A DNA stretch of 64,000 nucleotides from Pseudomonadales bacterium (GCA_041395785.1 JAWKZZ010000005.1:263653-327652), one strand, 5' to 3'. Shown: positions 20,755 to 31,264, counted from the first letter of the stretch. A program made the numbers and translations. The notes: generated by a model not told the origin, from the letters alone.

Positions 20755-21209
20755 GTGCCGACGGCGAAGCGGCTGCATTGCTGGATATCGGTGCGCGCCA
20801 GAAAGCGCGTCACTATGCAGTGCAGGCGTTGTATCAGCACATTTTGACGCAAGATTCTGCTGCAAAAATTGAGGCGGAGTTTCGTGTCGATTACGACATG
20901 AGCGCCGTGGATCTCGCGTATTTTCATGAGCTATTGACGAGTGTGATTGCCAAAACGGCAGAATTAGATGGGCTGTTTGATCCATATTTGGATCGCAATA
21001 TCGCGGAGTTAGATCCGGTGTCGCTGGCGCAGTTGCGTTTGTCCACTTACGAAATGCAAGTGCGTTTGGATGTGCCGTGGTTGGTGGTGATCGAAGAAGC
21101 GATTCGCCTCTCCAAAAAATTTGGCCCGACCGATAGTTACAAATATCTCAACGGCGTGTTGGATCGTTTGTCGCGCGATCTGCGTGCCGCCGAGCGCGCC
21201 AAAGGTTGA
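20751..21209 (+). CDS. nusB: transcription antitermination factor NusB
   Basis: [15 protein letters not shown]... pattern, and position between ribH and thiL. Confidence 0.85.
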   Translation: MSADGEAAALLDIGARQKARHYAVQALYQHILTQDSAAKIEAEFRVDYDMSAVDLAYFHELLTSVIAKTAELDGLFDPYLDRNIAELDPVSLAQLRLSTYEMQVRLDVPWLVVIEEAIRLSKKFGPTDSYKYLNGVLDRLSRDLRAAERAKG

Positions 21210-21218
21210 GTGTCGCGC

Positions 21219-22187
21219 ATGACGAGCCAGAGCGACAAGTCATCGCTTGGTGAGTTTGAACTGATCCGCCGCTACTTCACGCCTAGCCATCTTTCAGAAC
21301 ACATTTTGCTAGGCGTGGGCGACGATTGCGCGGTGTTATCACTGCCTGCTGGCGAAGTGCTAGCGGTGTCGATTGATACGCAATTGCCTGCAGTGCATTT
21401 TCCTACAGACGCGAAGCCTGCCGATATAGCCGCGCGCGTTTTGCGCTGTGCGGCTAGCGATTTGGCAGCGATGGGTGCTACGCCGCTTGGCTTTACTCTG
21501 GCGCTGACACTTCCCGCCGTTGATGAATTTTGGTTGACCGCATTTTCTGCGGGCTTGTTAGAAACAGCACAGCAATTGCGCTGCCCGCTAATCGGCGGTG
21601 ATACCACGCGCGGTGCTTTGTGTCTCAGCATACAAGTGCACGGCAGCGTGCCGCCAGCGCAAATATTGCGCCGCAGCGGTGCGCAAGTGGGCGACAAAGT
21701 TTGGGTGTCCGGTTCCTTGGGCGATGGTGCGGCCGCATTAGCACTGTTAGAGAAACGCGTGCAGTTTTCGTCGTCAGCAGCACACTATTTGCAGCAGCGG
21801 TTTTATCAACCTGCCATCGATTTTGAGCTGGCGGTGCGGTTGCGAGCATTGGCGAATGCGTGCATCGATGTGTCGGATGGATTGCGCGCGGATCTTGCGC
21901 ATATTTGTACGGCAAGCGGTGTGGGCGCGCAGATTTTTTGCGAAGCGTTGCCTATTGCATCCGTGTGGCGTGAAAGTGCTGCACCGCAGCAAGCAGTGCA
22001 GTGGGCATTGAGTGGCGGCGATGATTATCGACTCTGCTTTACTGCATCGCCACACCACAATGCCGCGCTGCAGGCGTTGGGAAATGTATTTTGTATAGGT
22101 GAAATTGTCGCAGAACAGGGTGTGGTTGCACTCGATGCGGCGCGCAATCTTGTGGAGTTATCGGGCAATGGCTTCCAACATTTTTGA
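21219..22187 (+). CDS. thiL: thiamine-monophosphate kinase
   Basis: LGEFELIRRYF...GVGDDCAVL...DLAAMGA...GGDTTRG. An alternative GTG start lies at 21210. Confidence 0.85.
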   Translation: MTSQSDKSSLGEFELIRRYFTPSHLSEHILLGVGDDCAVLSLPAGEVLAVSIDTQLPAVHFPTDAKPADIAARVLRCAASDLAAMGATPLGFTLALTLPAVDEFWLTAFSAGLLETAQQLRCPLIGGDTTRGALCLSIQVHGSVPPAQILRRSGAQVGDKVWVSGSLGDGAAALALLEKRVQFSSSAAHYLQQRFYQPAIDFELAVRLRALANACIDVSDGLRADLAHICTASGVGAQIFCEALPIASVWRESAAPQQAVQWALSGGDDYRLCFTASPHHNAALQALGNVFCIGEIVAEQGVVALDAARNLVELSGNGFQHF

Positions 22188-22668
22188 TCGCGCGATCAAT
22201 CCTAAAGTGTTTGTAGATTGGAAGCACTGCCTCGCTTTCGGTTTGGGTAGCGGCTTGGCGCGCAAAGCGCCTGGTACTTGGGGCACGCTGGCCTCAGTGC
22301 CTTTGTGTTGTGTGTTGTGGTGGTTTTCTCCTGTTTGGTTGTTTGCGTTGCTATTGCTCGCCATGTCAGTGTTTGGTGTTTGGTTGTGCAAAGTGGTGGC
22401 GCAAGATTTGGGTGTGCATGATCACGGCGGCATTGTGTGGGATGAATGGGTGGGCTATGGCATAGCCTTGTTTGCGCTGCCTTTGCAGTGGTATTGGCCG
22501 CTGTTGGCGTTTGTGTTTTTTCGTGTATTTGATATTTGGAAGCCGTGGCCGATTGCGTGGTGCGATAAAAATATCCACGGCGGTTTTGGCATTATGGTCG
22601 ATGATGTATTGGCAGGCGTGATGACCTGTTTGTGCCTACATGGTTTGTTGGTGGTGATAACGCCATGA
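22168..22668 (+). CDS. pgpA: phosphatidylglycerophosphatase A
   Basis: FGLGSGLARKAPGTWGTLASVPL...DEWVG...FRVFDIWKPWPI. The internal ATG is preferred over the track start. Confidence 0.85.
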   Translation: MASNIFDRAINPKVFVDWKHCLAFGLGSGLARKAPGTWGTLASVPLCCVLWWFSPVWLFALLLLAMSVFGVWLCKVVAQDLGVHDHGGIVWDEWVGYGIALFALPLQWYWPLLAFVFFRVFDIWKPWPIAWCDKNIHGGFGIMVDDVLAGVMTCLCLHGLLVVITP

Positions 22669-24149
22669 AAAAACTTGCCGTGTTTATTGCGCTGTCTTGG
22701 TTTTGTTGGATGTCGGTTTCAGCGGCAGTAACACAGCCAGCGTCTACAAAAAAACCAATGAACTTTATCGTTATCTTGCTCGATGACTGGGGTTTGCATG
22801 ACGCCGGTTTTACGGGGAATGATTTTATTGAAACACCAGCCATTGATCAGTTGGCAAAGGACGGTGCGGTTTTTACGCAGGCTTATGCCAACGCGCCCAA
22901 CTGTGCGCCGAGCCGTGCGGCGATTCTCTCAGGGCAATACGCGCCGCGTACCGGTGTGTACACCATGGCAACCGGCGATATGGGCGATGCGACAAAACGC
23001 AAACTACTAACACCCAAGAACAATATGTTTTTGCCGGAGCAGGTTTATACGATCGCGGAACTGTTGCGTGATCACGGTTATGCAACGGCCAGTATCGGCA
23101 AATGGAATCTTGGACACGGTGCCGTGCGCGGTCCGGAAGGGCAGGGTTTTGATCTTAATATCGCAGGGCATCGCGGCGGTGTGGGGCAGTCGCACTTTGC
23201 ACCTTATTCCGCGCAACTGCCCAATGTGCAAAACGCGCCGGCTGGTGAATATCTCACTGATCGCCTAAATGCAGAGGCTGAGCGTTTTATTGATCAGCAT
23301 AAAACACAACCGTTTTTTCTTTATCTATCGCATTACGCGCCACATTTTCCTATTCAAGCACCGGCAGACACTAAGAAAAAATACGAAGAAAAACGCGCGG
23401 CGTCATGCGGAGAAAAACCTAAACTCGTGTTTTGTGAGATGTCTGGATACTATCCTGAATATGCAGCGATGATCGAGCGTGTTGATCGCGGACTTGCGCA
23501 GTTGCGAGAGAAATTGGCAAAAGATGGGCTCGATAAAAATACGACAATCGTATTGATGTCAGATAACGGCGGCTATCCTTTTGCGCGTGACCCTAACGCC
23601 ATGCGGGGGCAAAAGTCACAGTTGTACGAGGGTGGTATTCGTGTGCCGATGGTGTGGTTGGTCCCCAATCAGCACGCTGGGAATGAATCGGATGTACCTG
23701 TTTCTGGTGTTGATATTTATCCCACCATTGCCGCCTTGGCGGGAATTAGCACGATGAATATAGTGCTGGATGGAACAGATCTATCGTCACTCATGTTTTC
23801 GCCATTGCGAGCATTCCCCCAACGCGATCTATTTTGGTATTTGCCGGGCTATACCACGGACAGCACCGAAGAGCAGGAAGGTGAGCAAGGTAATTTACAG
23901 CTAAAGCCGCAAGAAGGTTTTACACAGACGCCCGCAGTGGCTATGCGTCGCGGTAATTGGAAATTAATTTGGTATTACGATGGCTCTCCTGCAGAGTTGT
24001 ACAATGTCCGCGTAGATCCGCTAGAAAAATACAATCAGTTTTTGGCAGAAAAAAAGCGCGGCGAGGAGATGTTGCAAGCGCTGAAGCAGTGGCTGATTGC
24101 CGTTGGCGGCGCGGTTGAATTGCCAATAAATCCGGTTTATCAGCCGTAA
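22665..24149 (+). CDS. secreted sulfatase (formylglycine-dependent, arylsulfatase family)
   Basis: Signal peptide MKKLAVFIALSWFCWMSVSAA, CxPxR motif (NCAPSRAAILSGQY), and LMSDNGG. Confidence 0.85.
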   Translation: MKKLAVFIALSWFCWMSVSAAVTQPASTKKPMNFIVILLDDWGLHDAGFTGNDFIETPAIDQLAKDGAVFTQAYANAPNCAPSRAAILSGQYAPRTGVYTMATGDMGDATKRKLLTPKNNMFLPEQVYTIAELLRDHGYATASIGKWNLGHGAVRGPEGQGFDLNIAGHRGGVGQSHFAPYSAQLPNVQNAPAGEYLTDRLNAEAERFIDQHKTQPFFLYLSHYAPHFPIQAPADTKKKYEEKRAASCGEKPKLVFCEMSGYYPEYAAMIERVDRGLAQLREKLAKDGLDKNTTIVLMSDNGGYPFARDPNAMRGQKSQLYEGGIRVPMVWLVPNQHAGNESDVPVSGVDIYPTIAALAGISTMNIVLDGTDLSSLMFSPLRAFPQRDLFWYLPGYTTDSTEEQEGEQGNLQLKPQEGFTQTPAVAMRRGNWKLIWYYDGSPAELYNVRVDPLEKYNQFLAEKKRGEEMLQALKQWLIAVGGAVELPINPVYQP

Positions 24150-24794
24150 TTATTCAGGCCATTTGTTGTCGGATACGAGCGCCGATAAATCAGCGCGCGC
24201 TGCCCATTTTTCTTGCTCGAGCATGGGTTTGTCGTAGAACGCGGTGACATGACCAATACACAAAATCGCAACGGGATGACTGCCTTCTGGCATGTGCAAA
24301 AGTTGCTTAAGTTTTTGTGGTTCGAATAGCGATACCCAGCCCACACCCAAACCCTCGCTGCGTGCGGCCAGCCACAGATTTTGAATGGCGCAAGACACCG
24401 AGGCGAGATCCATTTCCGGCAGGGTACGACGACCAAAAATATGCGTTTCGCGGCGATCCATCAGCGACACCACCAACACTTCTCCGCAATCAAGCACGCC
24501 TTCTACTTTCAGTTTCATGAATTCGTCTTCGCGTTCGCCGAGCGCTCGTGCTGTTGCGATGCGCTCTTCTTCAACGAGTGCGTGCAAGGATTGGCGCAGC
24601 GTTCTGTCGGTGATACGCACAAAGCGCCACGGCTGCATAAAGCCCACACTGGGTGCGTGATGTGCCGCTTGCAGCAGGCGGCGCAATACATCGGGGCACA
24701 CGGGGTCGGGCAGAAAGTGGCGCATATCGCGCCGTTCGGCGATGGCGCGATAGACAGCGGCGCGTTCGGCATCGCTATAGGCGAGTGGATTCAT
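24150..24794 (-). CDS. bluB: 5,6-dimethylbenzimidazole synthase (BluB-type nitroreductase fold)
   Basis: AVYRAIAERRDMRHF...APSVGFMQPWRF...LGVGWVS. The internal ATG 24794 (MNPLAYS) is preferred over the track start. Confidence 0.7.
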   Translation of the reverse strand: MNPLAYSDAERAAVYRAIAERRDMRHFLPDPVCPDVLRRLLQAAHHAPSVGFMQPWRFVRITDRTLRQSLHALVEEERIATARALGEREDEFMKLKVEGVLDCGEVLVVSLMDRRETHIFGRRTLPEMDLASVSCAIQNLWLAARSEGLGVGWVSLFEPQKLKQLLHMPEGSHPVAILCIGHVTAFYDKPMLEQEKWAARADLSALVSDNKWPE

Positions 24795-24887
24795 CGGCGA
24801 TCTGCGTGGTTGCGGTCTGTAATAGTGGTTGCCATTATATCGGTGCAGTGTACGCTGTAGAGAAGCGCGGGATGATTGGAGTAAAGC

Positions 24888-25691
24888 ATGGCAGATGAAT
24901 TGTTCAATGTGGTCTTTCGTGGCGATATTCTGCCCGGACATAACTTGGCCGATGTAAAGGCACGCTTTGCACAGTTATTCAAAATGGACCTTGCCAAGGC
25001 TGAAAATTTTTTCAGCGGTAAGCCGTTGGCGCTGAAGGCCAATTGCGATCGCGCCACTGCCGACAAATTCAAAGCGGTTTTAGAGCAAGCGGGAGCCGCG
25101 GTGGAGATTCGTGCGGCCGCTGCACAAACGCTCGCGCCACAAACAGCAGCGCCTGCGCCGCAAACGGCTAGCGCACCAGCGCCCAAGTCGGTAGCTCCAG
25201 CTCCCGTTGCGCCAACGACATCTGCTCCTGCGGCAGCGGCTGCACCACAAGATCCGTGGTCGCTGTCAGCGGCGGGTTCCAATTTATTGCGTCCGGGTGA
25301 AACCCAAGCGCCTCCTCCTGTAACGGTCGATATCAGCCATTTGAAGATCGTGAAGCCCAAGTTGTTTTCTGATGAGCCGGAAGAGCCGTTAGAGCCGCCT
25401 CGTCCAGTGGTGCAAAGCCAGATCAATCTGTCTTCGTATCAGTTGGCGGCGGCAGGAGAAGATTTGGTGCCACAGGAGCTGTTTGTTCCGCGCGACATCG
25501 ATCTGAGTGAGTTGTCGCTGGATGCAGTGGGTGCCGATGTGCTGCGCGAGGATGAAAGACAGAAGTTCGTACCTGCGAATATCGACACTGGCGGTATGGA
25601 CATCGCGCCCGCCGGCAGTGATATGGGGCAGGTGAAGCCGCCCGAAGCGCCGCCTGCACCATCGACAGAACACATCACCCTGCAAAAATAG
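24888..25691 (+). CDS. hypothetical protein with a small folded N-terminal domain and a long Ala/Pro-rich region
   Basis: Intact 267-codon ORF with no recognisable catalytic motif. Confidence 0.55.
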   Translation: MADELFNVVFRGDILPGHNLADVKARFAQLFKMDLAKAENFFSGKPLALKANCDRATADKFKAVLEQAGAAVEIRAAAAQTLAPQTAAPAPQTASAPAPKSVAPAPVAPTTSAPAAAAAPQDPWSLSAAGSNLLRPGETQAPPPVTVDISHLKIVKPKLFSDEPEEPLEPPRPVVQSQINLSSYQLAAAGEDLVPQELFVPRDIDLSELSLDAVGADVLREDERQKFVPANIDTGGMDIAPAGSDMGQVKPPEAPPAPSTEHITLQK

Positions 25692-25755
25692 TTCTAACGC
25701 TGCCTTCCTGGATAGCGCCCCTGTAGAATAGCAGCGCTGTTTTTGGAGTCTTCTC

Positions 25756-27117
25756 GTGCCCGTCAATTTGCAACAGGAAAAGCGCGCTGTCAGCACGCTG
25801 GCGTCTCTGTATACCTTGCGTATGTTGGGGCTGTTTTTGGTGCTGCCGATACTGTCTTTGTACGGTGCTGATTACACGGCGAGCACGCCGATGTTGATCG
25901 GTATTGCCATGGGCATGTACGGCGCCACGCAAGCGGTGCTGCAAATTCCGCTGAGCGTGCTCTCTGATCGTGTGGGGCGGCGCGGCATCATCATTGCGGG
26001 GCTCGCGCTGTTTGTGATTGGTAGTGTTGTGGCTGCGTTGTCGTCGTCGATTTACGGGTTGATTGTCGGTCGCGCTTTGCAAGGGGCTGGTGCTATTTCT
26101 GGCACGCTGATGGCGATGGTGTCGGATCTCACCTCGGAACAAAACCGCACCAAGGCGATGGCGACGATCGGCGCGTCGATCGGGGTTTCTTTTGGTGTAG
26201 CCATGATGCTCGGCCCTATCTTGGCGCACTGGAGTGGCTTGTCCGGCGTGTTTTGGATAACGGCAGCCTTGGGTGTGGCGGGATTTTTTCTGGTGCTGTT
26301 TGTATTGCCAGAGCCGCCTGTAGAAACGCTGCATTCGCCGCACCGTGACACTTTGCCCGTGCCGTCTTTGTTGTGGCGCGTGCTGAGTGATCCGCAATTA
26401 CTGCGTTTGAACGGCGGAATTTTTTGTTTGCACATGATCCTCATGGCGTCGTTTGTTGTAGTGCCGCGTTTATTGGAAACGCAATTGGGTTTAGATCGCA
26501 GTGAACACTGGGAAGTGTATTTGCCGGTGTTGGGCGGTTCCTTTATCGCCATGATTCCCTTGATGGTGATTGCAGAAAAAAAACGCTTGGTGAAAGAAGT
26601 GTTTGTGCTGGCTGTTGCAGTGTTGGTGTTTGCGTTGCTGTTCCTCGGTGCAGCGTATCAATTTAATGCGGGATTGATGACGGGTTTATTTTTGTTTTTC
26701 TTTGCATTTAATTTATTAGAAGCGCAGTTGCCGTCATTGGTGAGCAAGCAGGCTTTTGCCGGTGGTAGAGGTTCGGCGATGGGGGTGTATTCCACCAGTC
26801 AATTTCTGGGCACTTTTGCTGGTGGCGCACTGGGTGGTTTGATGTTGCATTGGGGCGAACCGCGTTGGTTGTTTTGGATTTTGGCGCTGCCTGTCGCGGG
26901 TTGGTGTTGGCTGGCGGCCACCATGCAAGCACCGCAGTATTTATTGAATGTGATGCTGCGTTTTCACGGCGATGCCAACACTGTGCGCGAGCAGCTGCAT
27001 GCCATCACCGGCGTGGCACAAGTGCTGGTCGTGCCGGAAGAAAACATGGCATATCTCAAAGTAGATGATGCGGTGTTGGATCGCGTCGCACTGGATCGCC
27101 TGCGCGCACCGGAATAA
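25756..27117 (+). CDS. MFS transporter
   Basis: About 12 hydrophobic helices and an MFS loop motif (LSDRVGRRGIII). It lies upstream of ssb, as in Pseudomonas-like genomes. Confidence 0.8.
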   Translation: MPVNLQQEKRAVSTLASLYTLRMLGLFLVLPILSLYGADYTASTPMLIGIAMGMYGATQAVLQIPLSVLSDRVGRRGIIIAGLALFVIGSVVAALSSSIYGLIVGRALQGAGAISGTLMAMVSDLTSEQNRTKAMATIGASIGVSFGVAMMLGPILAHWSGLSGVFWITAALGVAGFFLVLFVLPEPPVETLHSPHRDTLPVPSLLWRVLSDPQLLRLNGGIFCLHMILMASFVVVPRLLETQLGLDRSEHWEVYLPVLGGSFIAMIPLMVIAEKKRLVKEVFVLAVAVLVFALLFLGAAYQFNAGLMTGLFLFFFAFNLLEAQLPSLVSKQAFAGGRGSAMGVYSTSQFLGTFAGGALGGLMLHWGEPRWLFWILALPVAGWCWLAATMQAPQYLLNVMLRFHGDANTVREQLHAITGVAQVLVVPEENMAYLKVDDAVLDRVALDRLRAPE

Positions 27118-27134
27118 CGCTGCTGCACTTGTGA

Positions 27135-27154
27135 TACTGATTGAATATCCAGTA
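27135..27154 (+). promoter_or_regulatory. candidate LexA (SOS) box upstream of ssb
   Basis: TACTG-attgaatatc-CAGTA fits the gammaproteobacterial CTG-N10-CAG palindrome with an AT-rich centre. It lies about 70 nt upstream of the ssb ATG. Confidence 0.5.
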
Positions 27155-27226
27155 TAGTGCGCGAGCGCCATTCGCCAGTGTCGGGCGGACGGTATTCATT
27201 CATGCAGAGGATTAAGGAGCGTATTT

Positions 27227-27706
27227 ATGGCCAGAGGCGTCAACAAGGTTATTTTGATCGGAAATTTGGGTAAGGATCCTGAGTCGCGCACTTCGCCCGG
27301 TGGTGGTGCAATCACCAATATCACTTTGGCTACCAGCGAAACATGGAAAGATAAACAAACCGGTGAAAACCAAGAGCGCACGGAGTGGCACCGCGTCGTA
27401 TTTTTTGGTCGCTTGGGTGAAATTGCCGGCGATTATTTGAAGAAAGGCAGCAAGGTTTATGTGGAAGGTTCGCTGCGTACGCGCAAGTGGCAGGATCAAA
27501 GCGGGCAGGATAAATACACCACAGAAATCGTCGCCAGCGAAATGCAGATGTTAGATAGCCGCGGCGGTGACAGCACCAGCTTCAGCGAGCCGCGTGCGCA
27601 AAATATGGGCAGCAGCCGCAGTGGAAATGCAGGCGGTGCGCGCCAGCAAGAATCTGCACCGGCGGCAGGCTTTGACCAATTTCACGATGATGATATTCCG
27701 TTTTGA
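27227..27706 (+). CDS. ssb: single-stranded DNA-binding protein
   Basis: [19 protein letters not shown]...[13 protein letters not shown]-like OB fold, Gly-rich tail, and an acidic tip ending DDDIPF. Confidence 0.95.
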   Translation: MARGVNKVILIGNLGKDPESRTSPGGGAITNITLATSETWKDKQTGENQERTEWHRVVFFGRLGEIAGDYLKKGSKVYVEGSLRTRKWQDQSGQDKYTTEIVASEMQMLDSRGGDSTSFSEPRAQNMGSSRSGNAGGARQQESAPAAGFDQFHDDDIPF

Positions 27707-27724
27707 TTTTCGCATCGCGCAGAA

Positions 27725-27756
27725 CAAAAAAAGCCCGCATCGCTGCGGGCTTTTTT
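27725..27756. terminator. bidirectional rho-independent terminator between ssb and tal
   Basis: A-run, GCCCGC-atcgct-GCGGGC, T-run. Confidence 0.8.
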
Positions 27757-27769
27757 ATATCCGGTGAAA

Positions 27770-28729
27770 TCAGGTGAGGCGTTGTGCGAGCTGTTTTTCC
27801 AGTGCGATCTGATCTGCGGTAAATAAGCGAATCCCCTCGGCTAACTTTTCTGTCGCCATGGCATCGCTGTTCATTTGCCAGCGAAAAGTTTTTTCATCGA
27901 TGGTGGAAGATTTTTCTGTCGCTGCGCTGGCAACGAGTTGTCTTGGCAGTGTGTCTTGCGAGCTGCTCAATTCGTCCAGCAGCGTGGGGCTGATGGTGAG
28001 ATTGTCGCAACCCGCGAGTGCAAGAATCTCACCGACATTGCGAAAGCTGGCCGCCATCACAACCGTGTTGATGCCGTGCGTTTTGTAGTGCTGGTAAATC
28101 TGTTTCACCAGCGCGACGCCGGGTTCTTCGGCAGGAATAAATGTTTTGGTTTCTGTGTTTTTAACATGCCAGTCGAGTACGCGCCCGACAAACGGTGAAA
28201 TAAGGAATACGCCGGCATCGGCGCAAGCGCGCGCCTGGGCAAAAGCAAATAACAGCGTGAGGTTGCACTGAATATTGTCTTTTTCTAATACGCGTGCGGC
28301 TTGTATACCTTCCCAAGTAGAGGCGATTTTGATGAGTACGCGATCGCGGGTAACGCCGTGTTGTTCGTACAGCTGAATGAGTAACCTAGCGCGTTGTATG
28401 GTGGCGGTAGTATCAAAAGATAGGCGCGCATCCACTTCAGTAGAAACGCGACCAGTGATTTTTTTTGCAATCTCGCAGCCAATTTTTACCGACAACATAA
28501 CAGCAGCCCACTGAGCTGTTTTGGCGGCATCCGTGGCGCTTGTTTGCTGTTTTGCCCACGCAATGCTGTCGTTAATCAGTGAGGCATAGGCCGGTAGTGT
28601 GCTGGCTTTTAGTAACAGTGATGGATTGGTGGTGGCGCTGACGGGCTTGTATTTCGCAATAGCATCAATATCGCCGGTGTCAGCAACCACTTCAGAAAAT
28701 GTGCGCAATTGATCGAGCAGTGAGGCCAT
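27770..28729 (-). CDS. tal: transaldolase
   Basis: [38 protein letters not shown] closely parallels the TalB N-terminus. Confidence 0.9.
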   Translation of the reverse strand: MASLLDQLRTFSEVVADTGDIDAIAKYKPVSATTNPSLLLKASTLPAYASLINDSIAWAKQQTSATDAAKTAQWAAVMLSVKIGCEIAKKITGRVSTEVDARLSFDTTATIQRARLLIQLYEQHGVTRDRVLIKIASTWEGIQAARVLEKDNIQCNLTLLFAFAQARACADAGVFLISPFVGRVLDWHVKNTETKTFIPAEEPGVALVKQIYQHYKTHGINTVVMAASFRNVGEILALAGCDNLTISPTLLDELSSSQDTLPRQLVASAATEKSSTIDEKTFRWQMNSDAMATEKLAEGIRLFTADQIALEKQLAQRLT

Positions 28730-28791
28730 ACGCAAAGAGTCCTGTGTTGAAATTTTCCATCATGTTAGCACTGTGTTTGCTGGCTTGAGTG

Positions 28792-29598
28792 TTAAACCAT
28801 CACCAGTTTTGCGCCCACCAAAACCATGATGGTGGCGAGCACAGGGCGCAATACTTTTTCCGGTACTGCGGCGGTTAAATGGCTGCCGACATAGATGCCG
28901 GGCAGAGAGCCGATCAACAAATTCACCAGCAGATCCCAGTTCACATTGCCTAAACCCGCATGGCCGAGGCCGGCAACCAAAGTCAGTGGCACGGCGTGTG
29001 CAATTTCAGTGCCGACCAAGCGTGCCACGGGTAGCACGGGAAACACCAAAAACAGCGCCACTGTGCCGAGCGCGCCGGCGCCGATGGATGTCACGGTAAC
29101 GGCAATCCCCAAAATTACGCCGGTGACGACGGCAGCTTTCTCGCGCTGCGGCATGCTCATGCGCGTAAAAATGGCATTGCTGCTGTGGCTCCAGTGCAAC
29201 AATTTTTGTTTGAAGACGATGGCCAGCGCTGTGAAAACCAGCGTGGCGCCCAGTGCAATTTTGATGGTGTCGTTGACATGCTTGCTCTCAAAACCCACCT
29301 GATGCATGACAAAGAGCGTCAGTATCGCGGCGGGTAGGCTGCCCAGTGCCAACAGCCCCGTGATGCGCCAATTGATATTGCCTTTGCGCTGATGCACGGC
29401 CACACCGCCAGCCTTGGTGATGGCGGCGTACAGCAAGTCAGTGCCGACAGCTGTGGTGGGCGGGATGCCGAAGAACAGCAGGATGGGTGTCATCAAGCTG
29501 CCGCCGCCTACGCCGGTCATGCCCACGATAAAGCCCACGGCGAGACCGGAGAGTACATAGATCCATTCAAGGTGTAGGCCAAACAGTTCAAATTGCAT
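28792..29598 (-). CDS. TauE/SafE-family anion exporter membrane protein
   Basis: The 268-aa product has 7-8 TM helices and two GxGGG-type repeats (GMTGVGGGSLMTP). Confidence 0.7.
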   Translation of the reverse strand: MQFELFGLHLEWIYVLSGLAVGFIVGMTGVGGGSLMTPILLFFGIPPTTAVGTDLLYAAITKAGGVAVHQRKGNINWRITGLLALGSLPAAILTLFVMHQVGFESKHVNDTIKIALGATLVFTALAIVFKQKLLHWSHSSNAIFTRMSMPQREKAAVVTGVILGIAVTVTSIGAGALGTVALFLVFPVLPVARLVGTEIAHAVPLTLVAGLGHAGLGNVNWDLLVNLLIGSLPGIYVGSHLTAAVPEKVLRPVLATIMVLVGAKLVMV

Positions 29599-29701
29599 AA
29601 AGCCTTCTGTGATAAGCGTTGCTAGGAGTGGGTGGGCATCCTAGCGCTGGACTCCTTATAACTGAAAGATTTAATTTGATTAAGTTTATTCTTTTTAGTT
29701 A

Positions 29702-31264
29702 TCAGCGGTCTGGGCGTATGAAGTAATAGAAACGCGCTGCTTCATGCACGATTATCAAGCTATTGGTGGGCATGTTGGCAAATGCACCCTCGTATACAGC
29801 AATTTGCGTGTAACCGTTATCGCGCAATTTTTGTAGATAGAGGTGCGAGTTGTGGTCATTCAAATCCTCCACCATAAAAATGCGCGGATTGCCGCTGAGT
29901 GGCTCGGGCAGCGTTTGAGAAAAAAGATCGCGCCGATCGATATTTTTAATCCAATACGCAGCTCCTTGTTTTTCTGACCACTGCTGTTTGAGTTGCTGTT
30001 GAAACGCTAGACGATGGTCATTGTGATGTGTGCGCAACAAATTGGTTTGCAGCGGATATTGGATGGCGATGGGCTTCCAACACGCAAGAAGCGTTAAGCA
30101 TGCCGTTGCAAAGGGTCGAGCAGGGATGCTTTGGGTGATAGCAGTGACGCCGATAGTCGGCAGCAAAATCATCGCCGCCGCCAAGCTGCAAAAGCTGCGA
30201 TCAAAAAATGCGGGGATATTAGAGAAGTACAGAATAAAAAATAACAGAGGAAGGATCAGTAGCAATAGTGTTTGTATTTTTTTTTGTAAGACGAGGATGG
30301 CTGCGCCGACAAAGCTAGCAAGCATTAACGGCCAGCCCAGCGTGGCGTAAAAATAGGTGAGGATGTTTTTACATTGAATGAAAAAACTGAAATGCTCCAT
30401 CGTTTCCGGTGGCTGTGGGTTTTGGTAGTACAGCTGCACGCTGCGCACACTGAGCCAAAAGTCGCGCGCGCTCATATCACCAGCCCAAAACATCAGTTGT
30501 AACACAGCGAACACTAGCGCCAACAGAATCACGCCTTGTACAACTATTGTGAGTGACGCTTTTATGTTGCGATTTTCTGCGCGCAGGAGTGGCATACAGC
30601 AGGCGAGGGCGGGAAAAATGCCGAGCATTAATTGGCTGGCTTTACCGGCTGTTGCAACACCCAGCACTAAGCCGTTGACTAGCAGCCAAGTGTTGTTTTT
30701 CCAGTTGTCTTTTTTGAACGCGAGCCAGAAAAGTATTGAGCCCATGGCGGTGAGTAGTGCATCAGGTCTGGCGTAGTGGCTGCCCTGCACGGCGAGTGGA
30801 AAAACGGTATAGAGAATGGCGCTGCACAACGCGGCCGTTGATCCGCCAATCATTCCGGCGGCTAACACGATAAATAATAGACTGATAGCATCCCAAAACA
30901 GCGCAATGTGATGCAGTAAAACGATCGTGGGTGTGGTGATGCCAAGCAGTCGCAGCGGTTTAATCATCGCAGCAGACAGCAACATGTGGCCGCTGAAGTT
31001 GTAGTGATGATCGCGTGTGGGTGCATCGCGTACAACTGTGGAAGGTACGCCTTTTTGTTGCGCAGCTTGATCGCCGAGGCGATACCAATCCGGCTGCCAA
31101 TTGCCGTTGTTGACCGCGTCGTCCACGGCCCAGACAACCACTTGGTCATCAATTTGAAAATAGGTGCGCGAGCTGGTGTCGATTCGCAGTGCGACAAAAA
31201 CCAACAACACACTTGCCCAGAGCAAGCGAGTGAGCAAGGCCATTGGAGATATTTTTGTCGCCAT
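29702..31264 (-). CDS. polytopic membrane protein, ArnT/PMT-like (GT-C type glycosyltransferase-like)
   Basis: About 12 hydrophobic segments followed by a soluble C-terminal domain. The assignment rests on architecture only. The start is set at ATG 31264 to avoid overlap with the upstream gene. Confidence 0.4.
   Translation of the reverse strand: MATKISPMALLTRLLWASVLLVFVALRIDTSSRTYFQIDDQVVVWAVDDAVNNGNWQPDWYRLGDQAAQQKGVPSTVVRDAPTRDHHYNFSGHMLLSAAMIKPLRLLGITTPTIVLLHHIALFWDAISLLFIVLAAGMIGGSTAALCSAILYTVFPLAVQGSHYARPDALLTAMGSILFWLAFKKDNWKNNTWLLVNGLVLGVATAGKASQLMLGIFPALACCMPLLRAENRNIKASLTIVVQGVILLALVFAVLQLMFWAGDMSARDFWLSVRSVQLYYQNPQPPETMEHFSFFIQCKNILTYFYATLGWPLMLASFVGAAILVLQKKIQTLLLLILPLLFFILYFSNIPAFFDRSFCSLAAAMILLPTIGVTAITQSIPARPFATACLTLLACWKPIAIQYPLQTNLLRTHHNDHRLAFQQQLKQQWSEKQGAAYWIKNIDRRDLFSQTLPEPLSGNPRIFMVEDLNDHNSHLYLQKLRDNGYTQIAVYEGAFANMPTNSLIIVHEAARFYYFIRPDR

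Noticed and set aside
24795-24887. Cobalamin riboswitch in front of bluB.
   Set aside because: The intergenic gap is only 93 nt and is shared with a divergent gene. It is too short for a B12 element, and no B12-box-like sequence was noticed.
24791-25426. 211-aa Ala/Gly-rich ORF on the minus strand.
   Set aside because: It is a mirror frame of the Ala/Pro-rich region of the + strand gene 24888..25691. It has no independent start context.
25675-26397. 240-aa Arg/His-rich ORF on the minus strand.
   Set aside because: It is antisense to a well-supported MFS transporter. Extreme R/H/Q composition is typical of mirror frames in GC-rich coding DNA.
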